This document shows positions 1 through 8,699 of a stretch of DNA of 32,000 nucleotides, piece by piece. A program made the position numbers and the translations under genes. Origin of the DNA: Candidatus Electrothrix yaqonensis (GTDB lineage: Bacteria > Desulfobacterota > Desulfobulbia > Desulfobulbales > Desulfobulbaceae); the NCBI GenBank assembly GCA_047651235.1, contig CP178758.1:3150001-3182000 (forward strand). Direction: 5' to 3'. The notes under the pieces were generated by a model. It worked only from the letters and a program-made list of their open reading frames with translations, was not told where the DNA came from and ran no database searches. Every line of letters starts with the position of its first letter. The first letter of the stretch is position 1.

Positions 1-177
1 GAACCGCTGGACCTGCAGGACAGCAAAGCCCGGATGGAGCAGTGCCGGGTTGTTGCCACCCGGCCCGATCCGGAACGGGAGAATGCAGAAATTATCCTAG
101 TTGAAAAAAAAGGTTATGTCGATACAGCGCAGAATCAGGTGCTCCGCAAGGCCGAGGTGGTGACAGTACGGAACTGA
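1..177 (+). CDS. Partial CDS (3' end only), hypothetical protein
   Basis: Frame 1 is open from the window edge to TGA at 175-177 (...AEIILVEKKGYVDTAQNQVLRKAEVVTVRN*). No family recognised. The 5' part lies outside the window. Confidence 0.4.
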   Translation, partial: EPLDLQDSKARMEQCRVVATRPDPERENAEIILVEKKGYVDTAQNQVLRKAEVVTVRN

Positions 178-290
178 TTATCGCAGGTTCCGCTGCCAGT
201 ACCCGCCCCGGGAAGTAAGGATCAGCCTGCTTTTTTCACTTTCTCTGTTCAGCCTGCTGCTGCCCGCTCACTCAGATGAACCGCGAGCTT

Positions 291-557
291 TTATCGAACC
301 ATTTTGGTTAACTTTATATAAATAATCTTCTTCTTTCCTCCCTCACAGCTTCCCACAATCTTCCCCTGAGTAACGATGCCTTGTTCCACTTCCCAAGTAT
401 AGACAATATCCAGTATATATGATTTCACTCCTGCGGCATTGATCTTCTCGGCGATCTCTGCTTTAAGTTCTTCACAGGACTTTATTGCAGCATATACCTG
501 ACCGCTCCCCAAAAGCACCATTAACAATCCAACAACAAAACTCTTCATAACACTCAT
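291..557 (-). CDS. Small secreted protein, DUF1161-like
   Basis: 88 aa with an N-terminal signal peptide (...LLGSGQVYA/AIK). The pattern KSCEELKAEIAEKI...GKIVGSCEGGKKKIIY is what I recall for DUF1161 periplasmic proteins. A GGGGGA SD lies ~7 nt upstream of the ATG at 557. Confidence 0.6.
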   Translation of the reverse strand: MSVMKSFVVGLLMVLLGSGQVYAAIKSCEELKAEIAEKINAAGVKSYILDIVYTWEVEQGIVTQGKIVGSCEGGKKKIIYIKLTKMVR

Positions 558-647
558 AACAGTATCCCCCTTTTATTTTTTGTAAAAATGCTGACGCAGT
601 CGGCGAAGACACCTCTGTCCCCTGCCCGCTACCTTCTTTAATTTCAA

Positions 648-1148
648 TCAAATACACCGGTCAGAACCTGCAGCTTCCCGGAGCCACTGTTCAACTTGGA
701 TCGGCAAGGGCTGTCTGCCTGCACTTTTTACTGTGCCGTTGATCATCAACGCCGGGGTCATAGTGACACCGGCCCGCCCGATTTCATCCGGATCATAAAT
801 CTGTTCGATATCAGCAGCCAGCTGCAGCCGGTCAAGGATATCAAGAATAAGGGTCTGCAGACTGCTGCAGCTGACGCAGCCGGTCCCGAAAATACGGATA
901 ACCAGGGCTGTGTCCTCCTGCGGTTCTGCACCGCAGTGCCTGCGGTACACCTCCAGCAGGGCCTGCCGGTATTTTTCCTCGCTGCCGGAAGGTATATAGT
1001 TATCTCTGCTGATTTCCGTAAAAAGAAAATGTACAGCCTCCTGCTCATCAACCTGCTGCCGGGCAATACTGTTCAGAGCAGTATCCAGACCGAGGAGACC
1101 GATACTGACCTTGCCGATACGTATAAACCGTGGAGCTGCCGCGTCCAT
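648..1148 (-). CDS. Thioredoxin-fold protein (redox-active disulfide protein 2 / MTH895-like C-terminal domain) with an ~85-aa N-terminal extension
   Basis: The C-terminal half, IRIFGTGCVSCSSLQ...GVTMTPALMINGTVKSAGRQP, matches the small CxxC thioredoxin-like family (GTGCxxC ... TPALxIDGxxxxxGRxP). ATG at 1146-1148. Lies 21 nt downstream of cmk. Confidence 0.75.
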   Translation of the reverse strand: MDAAAPRFIRIGKVSIGLLGLDTALNSIARQQVDEQEAVHFLFTEISRDNYIPSGSEEKYRQALLEVYRRHCGAEPQEDTALVIRIFGTGCVSCSSLQTLILDILDRLQLAADIEQIYDPDEIGRAGVTMTPALMINGTVKSAGRQPLPIQVEQWLREAAGSDRCI

Positions 1149-1169
1149 ATTTTTTCTCTGCCTGTCCAG

Positions 1170-1895
1170 TTAACCGTTGATCACGGCAAGCATCCGGTTA
1201 ATAACCTCATCTACAGCCAGCTGCGATGAATCAATCAGCACGGCGTCTTCGGCTATGATCAGCGGGGCAATCGTGCGTTCCCGATCATTCCGGTCCCGTG
1301 CAATAATCTGAGCCAGAATCTCCTGTTCATCTACCTGCTCTCCCCGTTTGCGTAACTGCCCGACCCGGCGGCGGCACCGCTCTTCCGGGGAGGCATCCAG
1401 ATAAAATTTCCAGGCCGCATCAGGAAAGACAACCGTGCCGGTGTCCCGGCCGTCCGCAACCAGCTGCCCGGCCTGCCCCATTTCCTGCTGCATTGCGGTC
1501 AGGCGGGCCCGCACTGCCGGAACCGCTGAAACCGCAGAGGCAGCCATGCTCATTTCCGGGCTGCGGATAGCCGCGCTGATATCCTCTCCGGCCAGCAGCA
1601 CCCGCACATCCAGCCCGGTCTCCACAGGGGGGAGCAGTCGGAGAGCAAGTTTTTCCAGCAGCAGAGCCAGAGCATCTTGCTGATCGGCACTTTCCGCCCT
1701 GATCCCGGCTTGAGCGCAGGCATAGGCCACAGCCCGGTACATAGCACCGGTATCCAGATAGGTATAGCCCAGTGCATCGGCCAGTCTGCGGCTGACCGTG
1801 GATTTGCCCACTCCGGACGGGCCGTCAATGGTGACCACCTCCAATTTTGCCACAGCCTTTCCCTGCTGCTCAGATTGCTCAAACTGTTTAGACAC
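1170..1895 (-). CDS. cmk: Cytidylate kinase
   Basis: P-loop IDGPSGVGKST, then LGYTYLDTGAMYRA and the rest of the Cmk pattern. The track ORF begins at a TTG (1934). I place the start at GTG 1895, which has an AGGAG SD 7 nt upstream and overlaps the hisC stop by 8 nt. GTG at 1853 is an alternative start. Confidence 0.9.
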   Translation of the reverse strand: MSKQFEQSEQQGKAVAKLEVVTIDGPSGVGKSTVSRRLADALGYTYLDTGAMYRAVAYACAQAGIRAESADQQDALALLLEKLALRLLPPVETGLDVRVLLAGEDISAAIRSPEMSMAASAVSAVPAVRARLTAMQQEMGQAGQLVADGRDTGTVVFPDAAWKFYLDASPEERCRRRVGQLRKRGEQVDEQEILAQIIARDRNDRERTIAPLIIAEDAVLIDSSQLAVDEVINRMLAVING

Positions 1896-3000
1896 AACCC
1901 AGCTCCTGCAGACAGGTAGCCAGTGCAATAACAAAACGCTGGTTCTCTTCCTGCGTTCCCACGGTGATACGGATAAAATTCGGATAACCGTACGCCTTCA
2001 TGGACCGGACAATCACTCCCTTGTACAGCATGGCCTTGTACAACTCGTTGGCATCACCCCGCACATCAATGAGGAAAAAATTGGTGCGGGAGGGATAAGG
2101 CACACAGCCCAGCTCGCGCACCTGGTCCGAGAGCCAGTCCCGACCCGCAGTGGTCCCGTTGATGGTCTTTTCGTAATGCGCTATATCCGTTAAAGCGGCC
2201 AGCGCCCCGGCCTGGGCAGGCAGATTGATATTAAAGGGCTGCCGCACCCGATGCAGCAGGGAGGCTATTTCCGGATGCATGATGCCGAAACCGACCCGCA
2301 GGCCGGCAAGGCCGAAGGCTTTGGAAAAAGTGCGCAGGGCGACCACGGCCGGAATGCCTTCCGGTCGACGGATCAGCGAAAGCACATCAATCCGCTGCTC
2401 CGGCTCGACAAAATCAATATATGCCTCGTCAAGCACCACTAGCAGGTTTTCCGGCAGCTTGGCGAGAAATTCGGCGAACCGCTCTTTGGAAATCAGGGTG
2501 GCGCAGGGATTGTTGGGATTATCGAGAAAGATCAGCCGAGTCCGCTCGTTGACCGCCGCCGCGATACCCTCCAGATCATGCTGCATGTCCTGCAGCGGAA
2601 TAACAATATTCACGCCGCCCCGCACCTGCACGAATTTCTGGTACATCAAAAAGGAGGGATGACTGGTGATGACCTCGTCACCCGGACAGACAAATGCCTT
2701 GACCAGAAACTCGATCACCTCGTTGGACCCGTTGCCGAGAACGATTTCTTCCGGAGTCGCCCCGGTCCACCCGGCCAGTGCTTCGGTGAGGTAATAACTT
2801 GAGCCGTCCGGATACCGGTGCAGGCTGTGCAGCACTTCCTGAGCAGCAGCAACCGCCTTGGGAGACGGACCCCAGGGGTTCTCGTTGGAGGCCAGCTTGA
2901 TGGAGCCGGTGATTCCGTATTCCCGCTCCAGCTCCTCAAGGGGTTTGCCCGGAGGGTACGGGGTTATTTCGGCGACATTGTCTGGGATATTCAGCTTCAT
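1888..3000 (-). CDS. hisC: Histidinol-phosphate aminotransferase
   Basis: Class-II aminotransferase pattern: ITPYPPGKP...KLASNENPWGPSP...YPD. The pyridoxal-lysine region is RTFSKAFGLAGLRVG. The track ORF starts at a TTG (3126) inside an AT-rich leader. The ATG at 3000 gives MKLNIPDNVAEITPYPPGKP and a typical 370-aa length, although its SD is weak. Confidence 0.9.
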   Translation of the reverse strand: MKLNIPDNVAEITPYPPGKPLEELEREYGITGSIKLASNENPWGPSPKAVAAAQEVLHSLHRYPDGSSYYLTEALAGWTGATPEEIVLGNGSNEVIEFLVKAFVCPGDEVITSHPSFLMYQKFVQVRGGVNIVIPLQDMQHDLEGIAAAVNERTRLIFLDNPNNPCATLISKERFAEFLAKLPENLLVVLDEAYIDFVEPEQRIDVLSLIRRPEGIPAVVALRTFSKAFGLAGLRVGFGIMHPEIASLLHRVRQPFNINLPAQAGALAALTDIAHYEKTINGTTAGRDWLSDQVRELGCVPYPSRTNFFLIDVRGDANELYKAMLYKGVIVRSMKAYGYPNFIRITVGTQEENQRFVIALATCLQELGCV

Positions 3001-3282
3001 CAAGTTGTTATCGATTAAAAATTGAGAATATTTTTCCCATATTGAAATTTCCAATTCCAACCCAAGGGACGCCACTGATGCCTGCAATTTGAGAATACTT
3101 GAGACTGTCTCATTAGTTCCTGACAAAAAGATTTACCTGCTCCCGGAAAATTCCTGCCGGCGTGTGCCGATTCTTTCAGCCAGCTGAATAAGGCTCCGAA
3201 TAACTACCTTATGTTGCGTAAAATTTCAAGGAAAAAGAACATCGTTTTTTTCTGTCCTTTCTGACAGAGTATTCCGGGGTAG

Positions 3283-3992
3283 AACCAAAAAATAAGTGAA
3301 GCATTTGATGTTTCCACTCGTACTGTCGAGCGGGTTCGTGAACGTCTTGTAACTCAGGGGTTGGAAGCCGCAACTAACAGAACTGAATCTAAGTGTTCAA
3401 AAAGACGAAAAAATATACCGAAAACGTTACGGATCAGCTCACAACCGTACCGGGATTCCCGACCGCAGAGACATTGATGAACGTCCTGCCGAGGTAAACG
3501 GCCGGGAGCGGATCGGTGACCGGGAAGCCGATACAATTATAGGAAAAAATCACAAAGGAGCTGTCGTCACCCTTGATGAAAGAAAATCGAAACTGCGTCT
3601 TGCAGCCCCCTTGCCCGGCAAAAAAGCAAAGTATGTCAGGGATGCGATTATCTCACTGTTTTCTCTTGAAAAAAAGCTTGTAAAAAACAATCACTTTCGA
3701 TAACGGCAAGGAGTTCGCTCTTCATGAGGAGATTACCGAGAAAATTGAGTGCGGGACCTATTTCGCCAAGCCTTACCATTCCCGGGAAGGAGGACAGAAT
3801 GAAAACGCCAACGGTCTGTTACGTCAATATTTTCCGAAGAATATCGAATTAGTTGATATCACGGTACAGCAGGTTGTAAGTGCTGTGGACAAGCTTAACA
3901 GTAGGCCGAGAAAATGTCTTCAGTCCCAGACACCCTATGAAGTATTTGAGAAACTGACAGGGGTAGATGTCAGTAAAATTATGGGTTATGCA
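3283..3992 (+). pseudogene. IS30-family transposase remnant (multiple frameshifts, N-terminal truncation)
   Basis: Three reading frames together spell an IS30 transposase. They give an HTH fragment (SEAFDVSTRTVERVRERL), then IPDRRDIDERPAEVNGRERIGDREADTIIGKNHKGAVVTLDERKSKL, then ITFDNGKEFALHEEI...YFAKPYHSREGGQNENANGLLRQYFPK...LNSRPRKCLQSQTPYEVF. There are frame breaks near 3455 and near 3685-3690 (an A-run). The conserved Trp residues in GDWE and HSWE are both Arg here. Confidence 0.8.
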
Positions 3993-4005
3993 CTGATGTT
4001 ACGCA
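3993..4005. repeat. Left terminal inverted repeat of the IS4-like element
   Basis: ctgATGTTACGCA. The reverse complement of 4791-4803 is cttATGTTACGCA. Confidence 0.65.
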
Positions 4006-4754
4006 GCCTGAAGTCGCTGCAGCTCATCAGAAGCCGAACGAATAGCTTTCAGATAGAGCTTGGTCTTCAGAGCAAAGTGGTTCATCTTTGTTCTGATTTT
4101 TAGATGCTCCATTTTAAACACCGTGATAACGGAGGCAAAAATATGATTACTCTGCGCATTTACACGACGTGCAGGAGATTTGGCTAATGCTGCGTTGGAC
4201 TTCAAAGATTTATGGTACACCTCGACGTTCCATCGTTTTGTATAGATTGCCGTGATCGTGTTCCGATCCGCTGTCAGCTGACTGCAGGCATCGATCATCA
4301 GGCGCAGCAGTTCATTCTTCGTGACTTCGCTCTGACGTTTTTCCCGGCGGGTTTTCAGGTCGCTGAAACGAATCGGCTTGCGGATGAGGTCGAATGCTAT
4401 GGGGATCGAAACATCATCGACATGATAAAGACCGTTCAGCATGTTGATTCCTTTGATATTGCGCCCTCTGCAATGGTCGTAATGCCAACAGATGAGTTCG
4501 TTTTCATCCATCCACGGTTTTTCCTCAACAGTATCGTCGAATATCAGCACACCGTCTTCGGATGCAACTTCACGGACGGTCGATTTGACCTGTTTCCATA
4601 AATCCCTGGAACTCCATTCACCGTCAGCGAGAAAACGAGTGAATTTATCATAATTTATGCAGCTATCAAGCATATCGGACAAGCCTGTGGCTGTGGCGTA
4701 CCCGAAGGTCACAGCCAAATAATCCGTGTAGAGATCAGGATATTTTGTATTCAT
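3999..4754 (-). CDS. IS4-superfamily DDE transposase, probably internally deleted and non-functional
   Basis: The first DDE Asp region is present (VLIFDDTVEEK...WHYDHCRGRNIKGIN). The C-terminal Y-x2-R-x3-E-x6-K signature is present (YTKRWNVEVYHKSLK). The segment that normally carries the second Asp is missing, and the protein is only 251 aa. Confidence 0.75.
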   Translation of the reverse strand: MNTKYPDLYTDYLAVTFGYATATGLSDMLDSCINYDKFTRFLADGEWSSRDLWKQVKSTVREVASEDGVLIFDDTVEEKPWMDENELICWHYDHCRGRNIKGINMLNGLYHVDDVSIPIAFDLIRKPIRFSDLKTRREKRQSEVTKNELLRLMIDACSQLTADRNTITAIYTKRWNVEVYHKSLKSNAALAKSPARRVNAQSNHIFASVITVFKMEHLKIRTKMNHFALKTKLYLKAIRSASDELQRLQAA

Positions 4755-4790
4755 GCCTCCAGCATACTATCATACTATAATTGGGCCGAA

Positions 4791-4803
4791 TGCGTAACAT
4801 AAG
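4791..4803. repeat. Right terminal inverted repeat of the IS4-like element
   Basis: TGCGTAACATaag. It pairs with 3993-4005. Confidence 0.65.
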
Positions 4804-4831
4804 TCAATAATTAGACAGAGGAAACTGCCTA

Positions 4832-6634
4832 TCACATATCCCCTTTGATCCGCAGAGCTTCCTCCACCGTGGTCAGGCCGCTGCGCACCTTCTGCCAGGC
4901 ATCTTCACTGAGCGTGGTCATGCCTTCCCGGATGGCGACCTGCCGCAGTTCAGCATCTGCTGCTTTTTCCGTAACAAGTTTTTTGATTTTGTCCGAGACA
5001 GGAAAAATTTCAAAAACTCCCATTCTTCCGGCATAGCCGGTGTTTCGGCATTCTTTGCAGCCTTTGCCCCGTTTCAGCTCGATCTGCCCTTGGCCGGACA
5101 CGGGAAACCCCATTTTCTGCAGCTCGGCAACCTCGATCTGATACCCTTCAATACAATGGGGACAGATCTGTCGGACAAGGCGCTGGGCCAGGGCACCGAG
5201 CATGGTGGAACCGATCAGAAAGGGTTCCAGGCCGAGATCCTGCAGACGGACAATAGTGGAGACCGCGTCGTTGGTATGCAGGGTGGAAAAGACCAGATGG
5301 CCGGTCAGAGCAGCCTGCACCGCATGGGTGGCCGTGTCAACATCTCTGATCTCGCCGATCATGATCACATCCGGATCCTGGCGCAGGATATTGCGGAGAA
5401 TGGTAGAAAAGGTGACATCAATCAGCGGCTGGACAGAAATTTGGTTGAAATCCTCATGCACCATCTCCACCGGGTCTTCAATCGTCACAATATTGATTTC
5501 CGGGGAAGCGATTTTTTTCAGGGTGGAGTACAGAGTTGTTGACTTACCGCTGCCGGTCGGCCCGGTGACCAGGACAATGCCGTGCGGAGCAGTGATAAAG
5601 GAGTTGTATACTGCTTTGTCCCGTTTGGAAAAACCCAGATCGTCCAGATCCTGAAAAATAACATGGGTATCCAGGATACGCATGACCGTCTTTTCCCCGA
5701 AAGACACCGGAATGGTGGAAACGCGCAGTTCCGCTTCCCTACCGTCTTTCTGGCCGATTTTGATTCTGCCGTCCTGAGGGCGGCGTTTCTCCGCAATATC
5801 CAGTCTGGCCAGAGCCTTGATACGGGAAGTAACCGCCGAATGCACAGCCTTGGGCAGCTTATAGATGGTATGGAGCACACCGTCGATCCGATAACGGACC
5901 AGACAGCTGTTCCGTTTCGGCTCCACATGGATATCACTGGCCCGCTGCTCCAGAGCATAGTTGAACAGATGATTGACAGCGGCCTTGATGTGCTGGTCTG
6001 TCGAACTCAGTTCCTGGGCGCTGGACAGCTTGACATACTGCTCCAGATTGCCGATGTCCACGGTTGCAGCGCTGCCGGTACTTGAAAACTGATTTTCCGC
6101 TGCTGTAATGGAGCGCTGAAAGCCGAAAAATTCAGCGAGAATCTTGCGGATATCTGTTCTGGTGCTGAGGTAGGGTTTGACTTTGGTCTGGTTGACCTGC
6201 TCAATATCCTCCAGGGGTGTTTTGTTGTCCGGATCATAGGTGACAACCAGGAGAACCCCGTTGCGGATTTCAAAGGGCAGGATCAGATGGTTGACGGCAA
6301 AGGAACGGGGAATCGTCTTGGTGACGATTTCAATATCCAGCTCAAGCGGGTCGAGCTTTTTAAACGGGATGCGCAGTTTGTGGCTCACCGCCCGCATAAT
6401 CAGCTCTTCGGTAAGGAACTTCTGCTGGCTGCCGGGCAGTTCCAGTTTCAGCGAGGAGATGATATCCACCATGTCGGGATATCCCCGGCCGGCCTGCTTC
6501 TGGTCTCCGACCAGTTTGCTGAGCTGCTGCTTTTGTCTGTCCTTATGGCGGAGAACAAACTGTTTCTGTTTGGGGGTCAGCAGGCGTTGCGAGATGAGCA
6601 GATCGAGCAGTTTGTCACTGTTAAGCAATCCCAT
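4832..6634 (-). CDS. GspE/PilB-family secretion or type IV pilus assembly ATPase
   Basis: 600 aa. It has a T2SSE N-terminal domain, Walker A GPTGSGKSTT, an Asp box/Walker B (DPDVIMIGEIRD), a His box (TGHLVFSTLHTND) and a tetracysteine motif CPHC...CKEC. Confidence 0.9.
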   Translation of the reverse strand: MGLLNSDKLLDLLISQRLLTPKQKQFVLRHKDRQKQQLSKLVGDQKQAGRGYPDMVDIISSLKLELPGSQQKFLTEELIMRAVSHKLRIPFKKLDPLELDIEIVTKTIPRSFAVNHLILPFEIRNGVLLVVTYDPDNKTPLEDIEQVNQTKVKPYLSTRTDIRKILAEFFGFQRSITAAENQFSSTGSAATVDIGNLEQYVKLSSAQELSSTDQHIKAAVNHLFNYALEQRASDIHVEPKRNSCLVRYRIDGVLHTIYKLPKAVHSAVTSRIKALARLDIAEKRRPQDGRIKIGQKDGREAELRVSTIPVSFGEKTVMRILDTHVIFQDLDDLGFSKRDKAVYNSFITAPHGIVLVTGPTGSGKSTTLYSTLKKIASPEINIVTIEDPVEMVHEDFNQISVQPLIDVTFSTILRNILRQDPDVIMIGEIRDVDTATHAVQAALTGHLVFSTLHTNDAVSTIVRLQDLGLEPFLIGSTMLGALAQRLVRQICPHCIEGYQIEVAELQKMGFPVSGQGQIELKRGKGCKECRNTGYAGRMGVFEIFPVSDKIKKLVTEKAADAELRQVAIREGMTTLSEDAWQKVRSGLTTVEEALRIKGDM

Positions 6635-6646
6635 AGTATTCTGTTT

Positions 6647-7480
6647 TTACGGCTCCTCCTGTGCAGCCGGGTTAGTCTCCTCATCTCCCAGTATATCAAA
6701 CAGGCCCCAATCCGGCATGGTCAGTTCCGGCATCCATTTATCCAGCCCCCATTCCGGCGGTTCTCCGGCAATCAGCCGTTCCTGCAGCTTTTTTGCCTTG
6801 GGAATGATTGCGGCATCAGGGTACATGGTGAGAATGTATTTCAGGCGGTGTTTGGCCTGGTCATATTTTTCGGTGCGGACATAGAAGACTGCAACATAGT
6901 ATTCATGATTGACGATAAACTCCTTGGCCGCCCGGATTCTGGCTTTAGCCTCTCTGGTGTAGGGAGAATCCGGGAAGGTGCGCAGCAGGCGGGAAAATGA
7001 CCTGATGGCGTCATGGGCACCGCTGACATCCCGGTCCACCCGGTCGGTACGGGAAAAATCACACATACCGATCTGAAACAGGACATAGGGAACAGCCTCG
7101 TTCGAGGGATGCCGTTCTTCAAACTCCTCGTACAGGTCTCTGGCCTCGTCGTAATCTTCGTCATAATACTTGCAGTCTGCTGACTTCAGTTCGGCCAGCA
7201 GAGCCTGGGGACTGAACGGATAATGATCTTTGATTTGCTGAAAATAGTCCAGAGCAGTGCGGTACTTCCCGATTCTGTATGCCTCCATGCCCTTGGTCAC
7301 AAGACTCTCTGCCGGTTCAAACTGCTCTTTGCTGCCTCCTGAACCGAAAAAAGACCAGGAACTGAACATGCCCTCTGTGGCGGAGCAGCCGGTGAGAGAA
7401 AGACAGGCGGCAGCAAGGAGAACATATGCGACGGCATGAACCGGAACTGCACCGTTGTTATAATCTTTTTTTATTGTCAT
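6647..7480 (-). CDS. bamD: Outer membrane protein assembly factor BamD (YfiO-type TPR lipoprotein)
   Basis: Lipobox LSLTGCS after a signal peptide. BamD-like TPR body (YRIGKYRTALDYFQQIKDHYPFSPQA...LLRTFPDSPYTREAKARI...YYVAVFYVRTEKYDQA). Start moved to ATG 7480 (MTIKKD...). The stop lies 12 nt before the gspE-type start. Confidence 0.85.
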   Translation of the reverse strand: MTIKKDYNNGAVPVHAVAYVLLAAACLSLTGCSATEGMFSSWSFFGSGGSKEQFEPAESLVTKGMEAYRIGKYRTALDYFQQIKDHYPFSPQALLAELKSADCKYYDEDYDEARDLYEEFEERHPSNEAVPYVLFQIGMCDFSRTDRVDRDVSGAHDAIRSFSRLLRTFPDSPYTREAKARIRAAKEFIVNHEYYVAVFYVRTEKYDQAKHRLKYILTMYPDAAIIPKAKKLQERLIAGEPPEWGLDKWMPELTMPDWGLFDILGDEETNPAAQEEP

Positions 7481-7919
7481 TATATTGATTATATTGAAAT
7501 AGGCAGACGTTAATTTCATCCTTAAACATCAACATCAGATACACATTTTCACATTGTGAAACCAAAGGTTCCATTCTGTCAGGATACAAATCCAAGGCAT
7601 ACGCATGAATAAAAAAATGACGAAAGGCGAGATATTCACCTAAGGTGTTTTTTAGAGCAGGCGATATGACTTGTTCTTTTGCAGACATATTCAGAAGCTC
7701 TTTATGCCATGAGCCTCCGGTCGGCAAACAGATGCCCCGACTTTTGAGGAGTTGCTTGAGAATATTTTCTATCCCGTTAGAAAAATTGTGAATCAGTGTT
7801 GATACACCTGCAAGTTCCAGGATTGATAAAGAGGACAGCCGGTCGTGCTGCGGAAGTTCGTTGATCACCAGGTCAATATGTTCAAATTCGGCTTCAACTT
7901 TACCCTGCAGGTTATCCAT
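7458..7919 (-). CDS. HEPN-domain protein, HepT-like toxin candidate
   Basis: 153 aa, helical, with an Rx4H motif (RHFFIH). The ATG overlaps the stop of the upstream nucleotidyltransferase gene by 8 nt (ATGGATAA), the classic MNT-HEPN gene order. Confidence 0.7.
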   Translation of the reverse strand: MDNLQGKVEAEFEHIDLVINELPQHDRLSSLSILELAGVSTLIHNFSNGIENILKQLLKSRGICLPTGGSWHKELLNMSAKEQVISPALKNTLGEYLAFRHFFIHAYALDLYPDRMEPLVSQCENVYLMLMFKDEINVCLFQYNQYNDNKKRL

Positions 7920-8190
7920 ATAAAGTCAATCCGTTGGAACATATTGTTTTGCTGAATTTATTTTTTTTCTGTAAATCAAAAAGGTCCACTGGCCTTGAAA
8001 GGCTGAAAATCAGCTCGCTATAAAACTTAAAAAACAGAGAATCAGGAATCCCCTCAACTGCCAAGTCTATATCATTGCCGTCTGTCGCTGGGTCGCAGCC
8101 CGAACCGAACAGAATGACTTTCCTGACATTATACTTTTTCGCTATAGTTTGTATTTCACGCTTGTCCTGCTCTGATATCATCATCGGCAC
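7912..8190 (-). CDS. Minimal nucleotidyltransferase (MntA-like antitoxin candidate)
   Basis: Pol-beta-type NTase motif LFGSGCDPATDGNDIDLAV. The track start at 8190 is GTG. ATG codons at 8184 and 8181 are alternative starts. Confidence 0.8.
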   Translation of the reverse strand: MPMMISEQDKREIQTIAKKYNVRKVILFGSGCDPATDGNDIDLAVEGIPDSLFFKFYSELIFSLSRPVDLFDLQKKNKFSKTICSNGLTLYG

Positions 8191-8210
8191 CGTTATCCAT
8201 GATAGTCTTT

Positions 8211-8660
8211 TTAACAGGGCTGATTGCTTTCCGGCCAGAATGCATGATCAAGTGCCAGTTCACAAGGCCACGGGCATTGTTCCGGAAAAGTGCTTTTGGG
8301 CAGCCCGGTTTCTTTTGCCGCGCCGGTACGGGCATATTTATAGGCCCGCTCAACAGCCTGGGGGATTTTTTGTCTCAGACTGGGATTATCCTGCAGATGA
8401 TCTGCAATCTGATCACGCTGTTCTTCAATGGTATACCGCCAGCTGTTGCCCTGATATCCCGGCTGAAACTGCCATTTGAGGAGGTGAATGAAAAGGACGG
8501 TTAATCTGCTGACAAGTTCACGCTGCAGACTTCGTCCCATATCCTCTATTTCCTCGGCAAGATGCTCGCGGTCAAGTTCCGCAAGTCTGCCTGCCCGGAG
8601 CAGCCCGGCCTGCTGCGTTGTCCAGCCGAAGAAATCGGCAGCATGTAGCTCTTCAGCCAT
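8211..8660 (-). CDS. DUF29 domain protein
   Basis: FFGWTTQQAGLLRAGRLAELDREHLAEEIEDMGRSLQRELVSRLTVLFIHLLKWQFQP matches the DUF29 pattern I know from cyanobacteria and proteobacteria. GGGAA SD upstream of ATG 8660. GC is visibly higher than in both flanking genes. Confidence 0.8.
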   Translation of the reverse strand: MAEELHAADFFGWTTQQAGLLRAGRLAELDREHLAEEIEDMGRSLQRELVSRLTVLFIHLLKWQFQPGYQGNSWRYTIEEQRDQIADHLQDNPSLRQKIPQAVERAYKYARTGAAKETGLPKSTFPEQCPWPCELALDHAFWPESNQPC

Positions 8661-8699
8661 AATTTTCCCTTTTGGTGAGTTATCTATGCGGGATATCGC

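Larger units (their letters stand above)
3993..4803. mobile_element. Truncated IS4-superfamily insertion element (~0.8 kb) abutting the IS30 remnant
   Basis: Bounded by terminal inverted repeats: CTGATGTTACGCA (3993-4005) and its complement TGCGTAACATAAG (4791-4803), 12/13 matching. It contains one transposase ORF. No target-site duplication is evident. Confidence 0.65.

Noticed and set aside
181-240. Possible terminator between the convergent partial ORF and the DUF1161 gene (..GCAGG...CCTGCTTTTTT)
   Set aside because: Only a 5-bp stem with a ~35-nt loop could be drawn. This is too weak to call.
696-1229. 177-aa plus-strand ORF, and many similar long ORFs antisense to well-supported genes (e.g. 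5090-5654, 5582-6085, 6240-7000, 11128-12045, 18159-18545, 21337-21951, 29008-29600)
   Set aside because: Each lies entirely opposite a gene with clear family motifs. Their products are Arg/Ser/Pro/Gly-rich low-complexity sequences, typical of shadow ORFs in GC-rich DNA. No RBS or homology features were seen.
3001-3126. 42-codon N-terminal extension of hisC in the ORF track
   Set aside because: It starts at TTG inside a visibly AT-rich leader. HisC proteins normally begin about 10-15 residues before the PYxPGK motif, which the ATG at 3000 provides. A GTG about 26 codons upstream cannot be fully excluded.
3885-4103. 72-aa plus-strand ORF (MDKLNSRPRKCL...)
   Set aside because: It is not an independent gene. 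It is the C-terminal fragment of the IS30 transposase pseudogene, reading through into the neighbouring IS4-like element.
7481-7519. Longer bamD start (MKLTSAYFNIINI...), and similar upstream extensions of the FecR (24388-24489), DUF262 (10922-10984) and small-protein (16145-16168) ORFs
   Set aside because: Downstream ATG codons give proper signal peptides or have SD sequences. Where I checked the first codon of the longer version (the DUF262 extension), it was a non-ATG codon (GTG at 10984).
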